A DNA stretch of 64,000 nt from Candidatus Falkowbacteria bacterium (GTDB taxonomy: Bacteria; Patescibacteriota; Patescibacteriia; Patescibacteriales; UBA12075), in assembly GCA_043801965.1 (NCBI GenBank), contig JAZDLN010000051.1, positions 19,720 through 83,719 of the forward strand, given 5' to 3'. Below the pieces are notes generated by a model. That model was not told where the DNA came from, searched no databases, and saw only the letters and a program-made list of their open reading frames with translations. Position numbers and translations under genes: made by a program. Below are positions 1-9,659 of this stretch, one piece after another (positions within the stretch are counted from its first letter, which is position 1; each line of letters begins with the position of its first letter).

Positions 1-1524
1 ACAGCCGCCCGGACAGGCCATCACTTCGATATAATCGTATTTTTTTAAATTTTTCAAAACCGGTTCGACGTGGCCGATGCCGTTAACGACGGCAACCCGG
101 AGCATCTTGCCGGCCACCGCCACGGTCGCTTCTTTTACGCCTTCGCTGCCGCGCACCGCCTTATAATCCACGCGCGACCGGCAAACGCCGCTTCGCCTGT
201 CCCCGCAGGCCAGGACATGAGCGGCACGCAGGGCCGATTCCATGACCCCGCCGGAACCGCCGAAGATCGCGGCCGCTCCGGAATACTTACCCAGCGGATT
301 ATCGGCCCGGCTGGTTTTTAATTTCGACAGGTCTAAATTATTCTTTTTGAGCATAAAAGAAAATTCCCGGGTCGTCAAAACATTATCAACCGGATACAGC
401 CCTTTGATTTTCATCTCCGGACGCTTCGCTTCGTATTTTTTGGCCGTACAGGGCATAATGGAAACCACTACGATATTTTTCGGATCTAACCCCATTTTTT
501 CCGCCCAATAGGTTTTGATTATTCCCCCGCCGTGGATATGGGGGCTTCTCGCCGTGGTCAGATGCGGCAATATTTCGGGATGATATATCTCCGCGTAATT
601 AACCCATCCGGGACAACAGGAGGTAATCATCGGCATTGGCGCTTTCGCGCTCTTTTCGGACAGCCTCGAGAGCAGCTCCTCCGCTTCGATAATGGTCGTT
701 ATATCGGCGGAAAAATTCACGTCAAATACGTAATCGAAACCGAGCTGGCGGAGGCCGGCCACTATCTGCTCCGTGACTATTCGGCCGTAAGGCAAGCCGA
801 AATCTTCTCCGATCGACACGCGGATCGAAGGCGCGAATTGCGCCACCATGACCTTGCCGCTCTTGAATTTATTTTTAATGAGGCTCTCTGTCTCTTTCCA
901 CTGCGCCTGCTCCTGGGCCGCCGATACCGGACAATGAACGGCGCACTGGCCGCAGAGAATGCATTGGATATTTTTCTTTTTGGTCGGAACCACTTCCTGG
1001 TTTACGCCTTTTCCCGCCAGCTCGAGATAATTTATGTTCTGCAGGAGTGAGCAGGCGTCGACGCAATTACGGCAATCGATGCATTGCGTGCCGTCGATCT
1101 CGACGGCATTGGCGAATTTATAAGTTCGGCGGTCTTTCTTCCGGTCGCGGAAGGTAGTGATCAATAGCTGGTATTTTTGGGCAGTTTTAAGGAGCTTGCA
1201 TTCGAAACGCCAAATGCACTCGGGGCACTTTTCAATATGCTCGGCATAAATAAGTTCCAGATTCGCGTTCCTCGCCCTCCTGACGCGTCCGCTTTCGGTC
1301 AATATCTCCATGCCGTCCTCCGCTTTGGTCGAACAGGATGTTACCAGATTTTTCCGTCCGGCCACCTCCACCACGCAAACCCGGCAATTGGCTTTTATCG
1401 GCAGATCAGGATGCCCGCATAGTCCGGGGATATGGATACCCTCGGACATTGCCGCCCGCATGATGGTCGACCCTTCCTCGCAAACCACCGTTTTGCCGTT
1501 TATTTTTATCTTGATCATTTTCAT
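1..1524 (-). CDS. hydA: [FeFe] hydrogenase catalytic subunit HydA, partial (C-terminus beyond window edge). N-terminal 2Fe-2S ferredoxin-like domain, two 4Fe-4S ferredoxin motifs (CIDCRNCVDAC, CILCGQCAVHCP) and an H-cluster domain.
   Basis: Minus-strand translation from ATG at 1524 (MKMIKIKINGKTVVCEEG...) is uninterrupted to position 1. It is absent from the ORF track because no stop lies in the window. All three H-cluster signature motifs are present: TSCCPGW, MPCTAKKYE and EVMACPGGC at the truncated end. Plus-strand track ORFs 70-1558 are shadow ORFs. Confidence 0.85.
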   Translation of the reverse strand, partial: MKMIKIKINGKTVVCEEGSTIMRAAMSEGIHIPGLCGHPDLPIKANCRVCVVEVAGRKNLVTSCSTKAEDGMEILTESGRVRRARNANLELIYAEHIEKCPECIWRFECKLLKTAQKYQLLITTFRDRKKDRRTYKFANAVEIDGTQCIDCRNCVDACSLLQNINYLELAGKGVNQEVVPTKKKNIQCILCGQCAVHCPVSAAQEQAQWKETESLIKNKFKSGKVMVAQFAPSIRVSIGEDFGLPYGRIVTEQIVAGLRQLGFDYVFDVNFSADITTIIEAEELLSRLSEKSAKAPMPMITSCCPGWVNYAEIYHPEILPHLTTARSPHIHGGGIIKTYWAEKMGLDPKNIVVVSIMPCTAKKYEAKRPEMKIKGLYPVDNVLTTREFSFMLKKNNLDLSKLKTSRADNPLGKYSGAAAIFGGSGGVMESALRAAHVLACGDRRSGVCRSRVDYKAVRGSEGVKEATVAVAGKMLRVAVVNGIGHVEPVLKNLKKYDYIEVMACPGGC

Positions 1525-1530
1525 ATGTAT

Positions 1531-2301
1531 TTATAATTTGATCTTTCTCAGATCCTGATAGATCAAATGGGAATAGATCAGGGCAAAAGGCATAAAAGCG
1601 AAAGAGACGATCTGGGAAACAAAATTCCAAATGAGCACGAATATTTCATTTTTCGTGAAAGTCAAGGGAAGAACTATCAATAAAAAAAACAATGCCTGCA
1701 ATAACAATAATCGGCCCGCTACCGCCCACCAATATCCCCGGACCAATTCCCGGCTGCGCTTGATAGCGCTTACCCCCCCGACCCCCTCATAAACCAGGAA
1801 CCAAAGGGCGAAACCGTAATTGACAGCGGCGATAATACCAGGAATGATCAGTAATAAAGTCCAAAGGAAAACGAAAAACGCCGTGATAACACTAGTCGCG
1901 AAAAATTTCCAGGATATTTTTTTCGCCTCCAAAAAAGATCCTTTGACGGTCGGATGCTCCACCGCGTTTTTAACCATGACAAAAAGGCCGGCTCGGGAGA
2001 TAATCGCCATGATCACCAGAAATACCACGCTCCCCGCCCCCAAAAGAATCAGCAGATATCTTAGGAATAACAATACTATATTGCCGTTGTTCAAATAAGT
2101 CAAAACGCCGTTAAGGATAAATATTATCGCCAGGGGTAGCATCCCTAAAAGGGGCACCAATAACATACCGACAAACCGCCAAAAATTATTTTTGTATGAA
2201 ACCCATGATTCTCTTAATAGGTCCGCGACGGGGCTTATTTTTCGGTTTACCGGACCGCCGGCTTCCGCCCCGGCGAGCGTCGTTGTTTGTGATTGTGGCA
2301 T
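1531..2301 (-). CDS. Polytopic membrane protein of unknown function, between the NuoF-like gene and hydA.
   Basis: 256 aa with about 6 hydrophobic helices. Its stop TAA (1533-1531) lies 6 nt upstream of the hydA start, so the two are probably co-transcribed. Confidence 0.5.
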   Translation of the reverse strand: MPQSQTTTLAGAEAGGPVNRKISPVADLLRESWVSYKNNFWRFVGMLLVPLLGMLPLAIIFILNGVLTYLNNGNIVLLFLRYLLILLGAGSVVFLVIMAIISRAGLFVMVKNAVEHPTVKGSFLEAKKISWKFFATSVITAFFVFLWTLLLIIPGIIAAVNYGFALWFLVYEGVGGVSAIKRSRELVRGYWWAVAGRLLLLQALFFLLIVLPLTFTKNEIFVLIWNFVSQIVSFAFMPFALIYSHLIYQDLRKIKL

Positions 2302-2312
2302 GGTTTTAAAAA

Positions 2313-3407
2313 TTAGTTGGTTAATTTACGTGAAAAACAGTCGGAGATCGTTTTTCGGTCGGCTTTGGGCAGTTTCATCCTTTCGCCGACGGGGGTCATG
2401 ATCACGTTTTCCAAAAAAGAAAAAATCGCCGTCGGCGCGGAACTGCCGAGTCCGCAAAAACTCGTTTCGCTCAGGTTATTCAAAAGTTCCATGAGCATCT
2501 GCCAGTTCGTGTTCTTGTCGCCTAAAAGTTCGCGCAGGCGGAAAGTGCCTTCGCGGCAGGGCGTGCATTGTCCGCAGGATTCGGACCGGAAGAAATCCGC
2601 CCATTTTTTTATGAGCGCCATCGGGTCATGCTTGATGGCGCTATACAAGGTTATGGCCCCGCTCCCGACGGCCGGCCGTTTCAGCTGCTTTGAATTCAGC
2701 ACGACCCCGGAACCGTCGCCGCCGACTTGGACAAAAAACTCGAATCCCGGATAATTTTCCGTCTTTTTGAGGATCTTTTCGATGGTCCAGTCGGACGGAA
2801 AACGGTAAACCCCGGTCCAAAGGCAATCACCGTTAATCGTATAAAAACGCTCACCCTTATATTCCCCGGCCGCGGCCAGGCTGACGTCATAGAAGGTTTC
2901 CACGTTATTCACGAGCGTCGGATAATTCCAAAGTCCGTTCGTCGGCGGGAACGGCGGCCGCAAACGCGGTTCGACGCGTTTTCCCTCGATGCCGTTTAAC
3001 ACGGAGGTTTCTTCGCCGCCCGCGTATCCGGCCGTCTTCGGCTTATTGAATATAGTTACGGGCAAAGAGCCGATCGCTTGTTTTAATTTTTTAACCAATT
3101 TCTTGTTTTTCGAATACCGGGGGTTCAGGTAAACATATCCTTTGACGCCAGTCTTCTTCTTACCGCGCCCGCGGTCACTTAAATATTCGATAGCCAGTCT
3201 CATGCCGTCAATGAATCGTTCCGGATGATTTTCCAGTATGAACAGGTCTTTCTTTACGCCCGGTTCCCCTTCGGAAGCGTTGGCGATCACGTATTTTTCG
3301 CTTCCATGGGCCTTTTTCACGAATTCCCACTTAAGACCGGCTGGAAAACAGCCGCCACCGCGGCCGACCAAACCGGTTTTTTTAAGTTGGGTTATTATAT
3401 TGGGCAT
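2313..3407 (-). CDS. NADH-binding flavoprotein subunit, NuoF/HndC-like (51 kDa family), compact form.
   Basis: GLVGRGGGCFPAGLKWEF matches the NuoF FMN/NADH glycine-rich motif. ESCGQCTPCREG is the NuoF 4Fe-4S N3 cluster motif. It lies in the same orientation upstream of hydA. Confidence 0.8.
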   Translation of the reverse strand: MPNIITQLKKTGLVGRGGGCFPAGLKWEFVKKAHGSEKYVIANASEGEPGVKKDLFILENHPERFIDGMRLAIEYLSDRGRGKKKTGVKGYVYLNPRYSKNKKLVKKLKQAIGSLPVTIFNKPKTAGYAGGEETSVLNGIEGKRVEPRLRPPFPPTNGLWNYPTLVNNVETFYDVSLAAAGEYKGERFYTINGDCLWTGVYRFPSDWTIEKILKKTENYPGFEFFVQVGGDGSGVVLNSKQLKRPAVGSGAITLYSAIKHDPMALIKKWADFFRSESCGQCTPCREGTFRLRELLGDKNTNWQMLMELLNNLSETSFCGLGSSAPTAIFSFLENVIMTPVGERMKLPKADRKTISDCFSRKLTN

Positions 3408-3491
3408 AAAGCATTCTTAATATATTTAATAATCGAGAAACAGGATACAAAGTCATCTGTTCCTGCGTCTTTCCATCGCTTAAATTCTGAA

Positions 3492-4499
3492 TTAAACCAA
3501 TCTTTTCCTCCCCATATAATCAACCAGATCAACCATCCTGTTCGAATATCCCCATTCGTTATCGTACCAGGCGATCACTTTCACTAAATTGCCGCCGACC
3601 ACTTTCGTGAGGCCAAGGTCTATTATCGAACTGGCCGGGTTGCCGATTATATCGGTCGATACCAAGGGCGCGTCCGTAACCTCCAGAATACCTTTAAGGC
3701 GGGCGCTTCGGGCAGCTTTTTTAAAGCAGGCGTTTATTTTCTTTTCGTCAGTTTTTTTCCGGGTAACGAAAACGATATCGCAAAGCGATCCCACCGGGGT
3801 CGGAACGCGAACCGACATCCCGTCGAATTTTCCCCTTAAGGCCGGGATGGTTTCGGCCGCGGCGATAGCGGCTCCGGTCGTCGTCGGCACCATGTTTATG
3901 CCCGCGGCCCTGGCCCGCCTTAAATCCTTATGCGGGCCGTCCACTATCCGCTGGTCCGCGGTATAGGAGTGGATCGTGGTCATGATCGCTTTTTCAATTC
4001 CGAATTCCCGCCTGATAACGTCGGTCGCCGGGGCCAGGCAGTTGGTCGTACAGGAGGCGTTAGACAGGATCCGGTCGGTTTTTTTTATTTTATCTTCGTT
4101 CACTCCCATGACGATCGTTTTTATATTGCCTTTGGCGGGCGCGCTTATGATCACTTTTTTGGCGCCGGCCTTTAGGTGGAGCCCCGCTCCGTCCTTGTCC
4201 CTGAAAAAACCGGTCGATTCGATCACTACGTCCACTTCCATTTCTCTCCAAGGCAGTTCCCCCGGATCTTTGGCGGCAAAAACCGGATATTTCCTGTTAT
4301 TTACGATCAGGGCGTCTTTTTTATATCCGACTTTCCCCGCAAAACGGCCATATACCGAATCGTACGCGAGCAAATGCGCCAGAGTGGCCGTATCGGTCAG
4401 ATCGTTTATGCCGACGATTTTATGCGCCGACTTTTTACTTAAAACGGCCTTGAATACGGCCCGGCCGATTCTGCCGAAACCATTAATAGCGATATTCAT
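3492..4499 (-). CDS. gap: Glyceraldehyde-3-phosphate dehydrogenase.
   Basis: NGFGRIGR NAD-binding motif and catalytic ASCTTNCLAP motif. Start taken at MNIAINGFGRIGR (ATG 4499) rather than the track's upstream M. Confidence 0.9.
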   Translation of the reverse strand: MNIAINGFGRIGRAVFKAVLSKKSAHKIVGINDLTDTATLAHLLAYDSVYGRFAGKVGYKKDALIVNNRKYPVFAAKDPGELPWREMEVDVVIESTGFFRDKDGAGLHLKAGAKKVIISAPAKGNIKTIVMGVNEDKIKKTDRILSNASCTTNCLAPATDVIRREFGIEKAIMTTIHSYTADQRIVDGPHKDLRRARAAGINMVPTTTGAAIAAAETIPALRGKFDGMSVRVPTPVGSLCDIVFVTRKKTDEKKINACFKKAARSARLKGILEVTDAPLVSTDIIGNPASSIIDLGLTKVVGGNLVKVIAWYDNEWGYSNRMVDLVDYMGRKRLV

Positions 4500-4624
4500 A
4501 GTTTTTGTAATTTTAATTAATAATTCCAAAAAGATAAAATCTAAAAGCTAAAATATAAAAGCTAAAAGCTAAAAGCTATTAATATTATATCACAAATTAC
4601 GAAAAACAAAAAAGCCCCTTTTTT

Positions 4625-4668
4625 TAAAACTAAAAAAGGGAATGGACAAAAATCCATTCCCTGGCGGT
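4625..4668 (-). terminator. Rho-independent terminator downstream of the 4681-5706 gene.
   Basis: Minus strand reads AGGGAATGGA-loop-TCCATTCCCT followed by a T-run. Confidence 0.5.
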
Positions 4669-4680
4669 TTTTAAAAATTC

Positions 4681-5706
4681 TTAAGGCTTTTCGATAAAGC
4701 CGAGGCTCTTCAGGAAAGGCCCGATCTTTATGAAAGCATAACCCACGGAGAAGGGCGGCGGCGGAAACATAAAGGAAGCTATACCGACGATCTTGCCTTC
4801 GCCCCGCTCGTTTACGCGAAATAGCATTGAGCCGCTTGAGCCATCTACTATGACCATGTCCGTCAAAGCGAAGTTTTTCGTGTCAAAATCAAGCTTATTA
4901 AGCACAAGCTTCTCGAGATGGATATTGGCGGATACGCCCTTGTAAAGCTGCTCGATAATCATGCGGGGAGCGCCCCAGATATATATGGTTTCGCCGTACA
5001 TAAGGTCATGTTCGGTATCGTGATCGGATAAAGTCACGTAATCAAGCTGTCCGTCAAGGTGCTTTAAGCGCACGCCGGCGCTGTCGTTTTTGGGGTCGCT
5101 CCGGTAACTGTCCGGGGTCAAGTAAAATTCTTGGCTCGCGGCCAATTCCTGTCTGGCGGAGAAAAAATCGTCAAAATCCTGTTCACTGACGCAGTCCAGA
5201 AAAAATGGCCGCTGGTCCATGAACATGCGGATATCCGGATAGCGGTACGCTTTTTCTTTTACGAATCCGTCGGTCGCTTTGGCTATGGCGTTGACGGCGG
5301 AGCAATCACGGACAATGAAATATCTGGACTTTTTATGCTGCCAGACCACTTCTCCGACCATGGGCCCCAAAGGCGTCATTTGTCCGACTTGAAATGTTTT
5401 TAACGTTTCGCTGTCCAGCACGTGATGCGCGGTAAAAAGCCAATGTTCCTGGCCATAGATATATCCGCTGCCCGTAGACATGAACATGAAGCCCTTCTTT
5501 TTCCCGCCCAGATCCGCTTCGGTTTCATAATAATCGAAAACCGCGATCTTTACGCTGGCTTTCAGAAACCTTTCGGCTACATTATTGATTATTTGCGCGT
5601 CGCTTGGGGGAACAGCATCCGTCCCTCCGCAGGAGGCGCAGCTGAATATGAGAAAACAGCTGAATAATAACATCATTATGCCGCTAAAATAACGCCCGAT
5701 TTTCAT
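4681..5706 (-). CDS. Secreted, lipoprotein-like trypsin-fold serine protease-like protein.
   Basis: N-terminal signal ending in a Cys-rich lipobox-like segment (IFSCASCGG). TAHHVL (His) and GSSGSMLF (GDSGG-like Ser) motifs. Confidence 0.45.
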   Translation of the reverse strand: MKIGRYFSGIMMLLFSCFLIFSCASCGGTDAVPPSDAQIINNVAERFLKASVKIAVFDYYETEADLGGKKKGFMFMSTGSGYIYGQEHWLFTAHHVLDSETLKTFQVGQMTPLGPMVGEVVWQHKKSRYFIVRDCSAVNAIAKATDGFVKEKAYRYPDIRMFMDQRPFFLDCVSEQDFDDFFSARQELAASQEFYLTPDSYRSDPKNDSAGVRLKHLDGQLDYVTLSDHDTEHDLMYGETIYIWGAPRMIIEQLYKGVSANIHLEKLVLNKLDFDTKNFALTDMVIVDGSSGSMLFRVNERGEGKIVGIASFMFPPPPFSVGYAFIKIGPFLKSLGFIEKP

Positions 5707-5899
5707 TTAATACTCCTCTCCGGCAATTGTCAAAGAACCTGCCGCTTCGCGCCTAAATAAGCAATAAAATTTTGTTTTAAAAACGAGTATCCTGAAGCTA
5801 TTTTCATTATCGCACAATACAATAAATATGACAACTGCGCATATTTATAATGTCAAATAAAACACCCGCCGAAGCGGGTGTCGCGAATAATATATCAAT

Positions 5900-6802
5900 T
5901 TATTTATCCTTCTTGTTTTTTTTCTTGTCCCTGTTCAAATCGACCTCGATCACGGTAACGGCGCCGTTCTCTCCGGCGAACTCCACGTCGACCGATTGCT
6001 TTAAGGTGTGATGGCCGACGATCACTCCTCTTTTGCCGTCAACGTTGACTTTGGTGCCGATCGGCGGCATGCTGCCGCGGAGATGTTCATAACCGGCCTG
6101 TTCGTAGGCCAGACAGCACATAAGCCTGCCGCAGATCCCCGATATCCGGTCCGAGCCGCGGTGAGAGCACTGCTGCAATTCAGCCATCTCGCTCGTGATC
6201 GAAACCAGATTGTTAAGATGGCCGCGGCAGCAAAGTTCCTGGCCGCAATGCCCGATATCACCGGTTACCCGGGCCTCGTCGCGTATGCCTATCTGCTGCA
6301 GCCTTATCGTCCGGCCGAAATGCCTGGTCAATTCTTTGACCAATTCACGGAAATCGACCCGGCCATCGGCGATAAAGGCGAAAGTGATGCGCGAACCATC
6401 GAAAGCGAAATGCACGTCGATGAATTTCATGGGGAGATTCTGCTTATCCTTAAGATCTTTGGCGTAATCCAGAGCCTTCTTCTTTTCGGCTAAATTAGGT
6501 ACTTTTTCCATATCCCGGTCGGTGGCCACCCGCAAAACCGGTTTTATTTCCTTGCTTTCGTTTGCTTCCGCGGTCTCCTCCGGATTACCGGGAGTCTCAG
6601 TATTATCGGCGGCTATGTTCGTAACGGATTTTTTTTCCTCTTCTACGTTCGCCTCTCCTTCGACAAAACCCACCACCTCGCCGATCTCTATTCCCATATC
6701 GGTTCTGACCACGACTTTATCGCCTTCCGACAAATTCAGGTCGTTAGCGGAAAAATTATAAACCTTGTCCCAGGGAGTGAACTGTATTTGAGCTAATTTC
6801 AT
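5900..6802 (-). CDS. PSP1 C-terminal domain protein (RicT/YaaT-like).
   Basis: Cys-rich PSP1 core: IGHCGQELCCRGHL ... ICGRLMCCLAYEQ. Confidence 0.7.
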   Translation of the reverse strand: MKLAQIQFTPWDKVYNFSANDLNLSEGDKVVVRTDMGIEIGEVVGFVEGEANVEEEKKSVTNIAADNTETPGNPEETAEANESKEIKPVLRVATDRDMEKVPNLAEKKKALDYAKDLKDKQNLPMKFIDVHFAFDGSRITFAFIADGRVDFRELVKELTRHFGRTIRLQQIGIRDEARVTGDIGHCGQELCCRGHLNNLVSITSEMAELQQCSHRGSDRISGICGRLMCCLAYEQAGYEHLRGSMPPIGTKVNVDGKRGVIVGHHTLKQSVDVEFAGENGAVTVIEVDLNRDKKKNKKDK

Positions 6803-6880
6803 ATATCAAGAAACATAAAACATGAAGCATGAAACACGACATTTTTCGTGCTGCGTGTTGAGTGTTGCGTGTTATGTTTT

Positions 6881-7687
6881 TTATAAACTATACCTGACGA
6901 ATCCCGCGATCTTAACATCGCCCAAAACCTCTTCTACCTTCTTCTTGTCATCCTTGATGTACTCCTGTTTAACCAGACAGACATCCTCGTAATATTTATT
7001 GATCTTGCCTTCGAGGATCTTTTCTATGATATTCGCCGGCTTGCCTTCTTTGGCGAGCTGTTCGCGGTAAATTTCCATCTCCTTACCGACCTCCGCCGCC
7101 GGTACGTCTTCCGGCCGAAGGTATTTAGGATTCGCGGCCGCGATCTGCATGGCCATGTCATAAGCCAGATCGCCTTTTCCCGCCTCTTCCAACGACACTA
7201 AAACGCCGATCCGTCCGCCCGAATGGCTGTAAGCGGCGATAGTCCCGGCCGAAGACAGGACCGAGAACCGCTTGATGCCCATTTTCTCCCCGACGGTACC
7301 GGACAAGCCGTCCAGAACCTCTTTGACCGTTCCGCCCGTCAGCGGCAAGTTTTCCAGCTCTTCCAGGCTTTGCGGTTTCTTTTCTTTAATGACCTCTAAA
7401 ATATCATCTGATAATTTAAGAAATTTTTCGTTAAGGGCCACGAAATCGGTTTCGGCGTTCACCTCAAGGATATAGCCTTCGTTGCCGGCTTCGTTCACGC
7501 CCAATTTTATCACGCCCTCGGAGGCTTCGCGTCCGCTTCGTTTCGCCGCCTTGGCTATGCCTTTCTTGCGCAGTATATCCACCGCCTTATCTAAATCGTC
7601 ACCGGCTTCCGTCAGGGCGTTCTTGCAATCGACCATTCCGGCGCCGGTTTGCTCGCGTAATTGTTTGATTATTTCTAAGCTGCTCAT
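6881..7687 (-). CDS. tsf: Elongation factor Ts.
   Basis: N-terminal UBA-like IKQLREQTGAGMVDCKNAL and dimerisation-domain motifs. Immediately downstream of rpsB in the canonical rpsB-tsf arrangement. Confidence 0.9.
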   Translation of the reverse strand: MSSLEIIKQLREQTGAGMVDCKNALTEAGDDLDKAVDILRKKGIAKAAKRSGREASEGVIKLGVNEAGNEGYILEVNAETDFVALNEKFLKLSDDILEVIKEKKPQSLEELENLPLTGGTVKEVLDGLSGTVGEKMGIKRFSVLSSAGTIAAYSHSGGRIGVLVSLEEAGKGDLAYDMAMQIAAANPKYLRPEDVPAAEVGKEMEIYREQLAKEGKPANIIEKILEGKINKYYEDVCLVKQEYIKDDKKKVEEVLGDVKIAGFVRYSL

Positions 7688-7770
7688 ATTTTAAATTTAG
7701 GTATTAGGCGTGGCCGTCGGGGCCGGTAAAACCGGCGTTAAAACCTAACGACTTAAGCCAAAACTAATAA

Positions 7771-8469
7771 TTATTTTTTATTCGCCGCCGCTTTACCCTC
7801 GTTGATCGTGTCTTTAATGAGACCCAGAACGAGCTTGATGGTCTTCGTGGCGTCATCATTGGACGGAATCACGTAATTTATGCCGGTCGGATTAACGTTG
7901 GTGTCGCAGATAGCGATCAAGGGTATATTCTTCTTCCTGGCTTCGGTAACCGCGGTTTTCTCGTGTTTTATATCCCAGACGAAGATCGCGTCCGGCAAGC
8001 GGGAAAGTTTCGTGAGACCGCCCACCCGGAGTTCGAGCCTCTTTATCTCCCGATCGAATTCCAGCCGTTCTTTTTTCGTGTACTTGTCGAGCTTGCCGGT
8101 ACTCTTATCGTCCAGAAGATCCTTGTATTTTTTGATAAGTTTTTTGATGATCAGGAAATTGGTCAGACAGCCGCCCATCCATTTCTCCGAAATATAGGGC
8201 ATGTCGACTTCTTCGGCCATGTCTTTCAGTGGTTTTTTTACCTGCATCTTCGTGCCGACAAAAAGTATCATCTTGCCTTCGGCCGCGAATTTTTTCATGA
8301 ACTCGAGCGCGGTTTCGAGCATCTTCCGGGATTTGACGAGATCGATAACGTGCACGCCGCCATGCGCGCCGAAAATAAAAGGCTCCATTTTAGGGTGCCA
8401 TTTGCTGGTGCGATGCCCGAAATGCATGCCGGCTTTGAGCATCTGTTCGATGGTCGGTAGTTTTGTCAT
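7771..8469 (-). CDS. rpsB: 30S ribosomal protein S2.
   Basis: MLKAGMHFGHRTSKWHPKM ... VHVIDL ... LFVGTK are hallmark S2 motifs. The ATG at 8469 was verified. Confidence 0.95.
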   Translation of the reverse strand: MTKLPTIEQMLKAGMHFGHRTSKWHPKMEPFIFGAHGGVHVIDLVKSRKMLETALEFMKKFAAEGKMILFVGTKMQVKKPLKDMAEEVDMPYISEKWMGGCLTNFLIIKKLIKKYKDLLDDKSTGKLDKYTKKERLEFDREIKRLELRVGGLTKLSRLPDAIFVWDIKHEKTAVTEARKKNIPLIAICDTNVNPTGINYVIPSNDDATKTIKLVLGLIKDTINEGKAAANKK

Positions 8470-8906
8470 AAATTTCCTTTTTGCCTCTACCCCCCATATA
8501 ATGCGAATCTACGAATTATGCGGATTCTACGAACATGCGAATTGATTTTAACGCAGTTCATGTATCCGCCGATCAGCATTACAAGGAAAATTTTTAAGGG
8601 GTATGAGTGATTTTATTTAATAAATAATAGCCTTTAAGGAGGCTACAAAAAATAATTAACAATGATTATTCGCGATTTATCCGCGTAACAATTCGCGTAA
8701 AATCAGCGTTAAAATAATTCTGGCTGATTATACGCTAATCGCACTGCGGTCTTTACGCTTATTAATCATTGATATTAGTAAATATTATAACATTTCAAAA
8801 TAATTGTCAACCCTTGACTAATTATGATATTTATGCTTAAATTAAGTAATAAAATCCAAAAAATATTAATTCAATTTTGCTCGTTGACAATCAATAGGGG
8901 GGGGGC
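8470..8906. promoter_or_regulatory. AT-rich divergent intergenic region between rpsB (minus) and the plus-strand small-gene island. Contains iterated TTAT(N)CGCG-like motifs and a roughly 20 bp tandem direct repeat.
   Basis: aatgcgaatctacgaa / atgcggattctacgaa tandem copies at about 8508-8550. Several ttattcgcga / tttatccgcg / aattcgcgtaa units at 8660-8720. A G9 run sits just before the GTG start at 8907. Confidence 0.3.
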
Positions 8907-9104
8907 GTGAAAAAAAATGCCAAGTACAGTTTAAGGCGCGGGACAAGTAACGAAAATGACTGGGTTATTATTGACCAACAAGGAAAAACGGTCCTGGAAC
9001 TAAGCCGATACGATATGTGGGAAATAGAAGAAAAATTCAATAAAATTCGCGAGGAATCGCGCCGGACCCAATCCTTTGCCGGTATGCCTGGAACAAGAGC
9101 TTAA
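8907..9104 (+). CDS. Small hypothetical protein (65 aa, GTG start).
   Basis: ORF only; first gene of the plus-strand island. Confidence 0.35.
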   Translation: MKKNAKYSLRRGTSNENDWVIIDQQGKTVLELSRYDMWEIEEKFNKIREESRRTQSFAGMPGTRA

Positions 9105-9200
9105 AATAATCATTTGGTTGTTACAACGTAGAAAAACCACGAAAAATAGATGACCCGGGGGCAGGGCTCCGAAAAATATTCTGATTTAAGGAGAAAAAAG

Positions 9201-9659
9201 ATGGATTCTAAAAAAATAACTGTTTATGACCATGTTATAGAGGATCATTCCGGCGCGCATTTCCACGCCTACATGCTCAAAGCCTGCCCGGTCTGCGGCG
9301 GCAAACATCTGGACACGGTTGATATTTGTCCGGAAAAAAATCAGCCGATCACGGCAAGAGCGGCCAAACGCCTGGCCAAGGAAAAATATATTGCGGAAAA
9401 CATTCCGGATATGAAATATATGATGCGTTCTCTCGTGGCCGGCGCCATTGCGGCCTTAATTTCTATATTAACGGTGTTCTTCAGCTATGATAAATTTCAA
9501 AGCATTGATCCGGATAAGGGATTTACTATTACGGCCCTGGCGTTCATGCTGCCGCTTATACTGAGTTATGTTGTTGGCGTTCGCTTGGAAGTAAAACGGA
9601 AAAACCGCGTCCTGGCGGAATTTGAGGCAATACAAAGAGAGAGGGGAAAAATAAAGTGA
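9201..9659 (+). CDS. Hypothetical membrane protein with a CPVCGGKH zinc-ribbon-like motif and two C-terminal TM helices.
   Basis: AAGGAGAAAAAAG RBS precedes ATG 9201. The stop overlaps the next gene's GTG (GTGA). Confidence 0.45.
   Translation: MDSKKITVYDHVIEDHSGAHFHAYMLKACPVCGGKHLDTVDICPEKNQPITARAAKRLAKEKYIAENIPDMKYMMRSLVAGAIAALISILTVFFSYDKFQSIDPDKGFTITALAFMLPLILSYVVGVRLEVKRKNRVLAEFEAIQRERGKIK

Noticed and set aside
70-1558. Plus-strand track ORFs 70-321, 242-511, 532-1050, 1177-1422 and 1310-1558.
   Set aside because: They are shadow ORFs on the antisense strand of hydA. The minus-strand frame carries an uninterrupted protein with canonical H-cluster motifs.
4548-4590. The aaaagctaaaagctaaaagct tandem hexamer and similar ctaaaagct stretches near 55271 and 59750.
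   Set aside because: These are short AT-rich simple repeats with inconsistent positions relative to genes, most likely low-complexity spacer.
6803-6880. Shared catgaagca...gtttcatg-like hairpin motifs upstream of the PSP1 gene (6803-6880) and rsmH (63236-63300).
   Set aside because: Only a 9-12 nt similarity with imperfect stems. Too weak to distinguish from chance.
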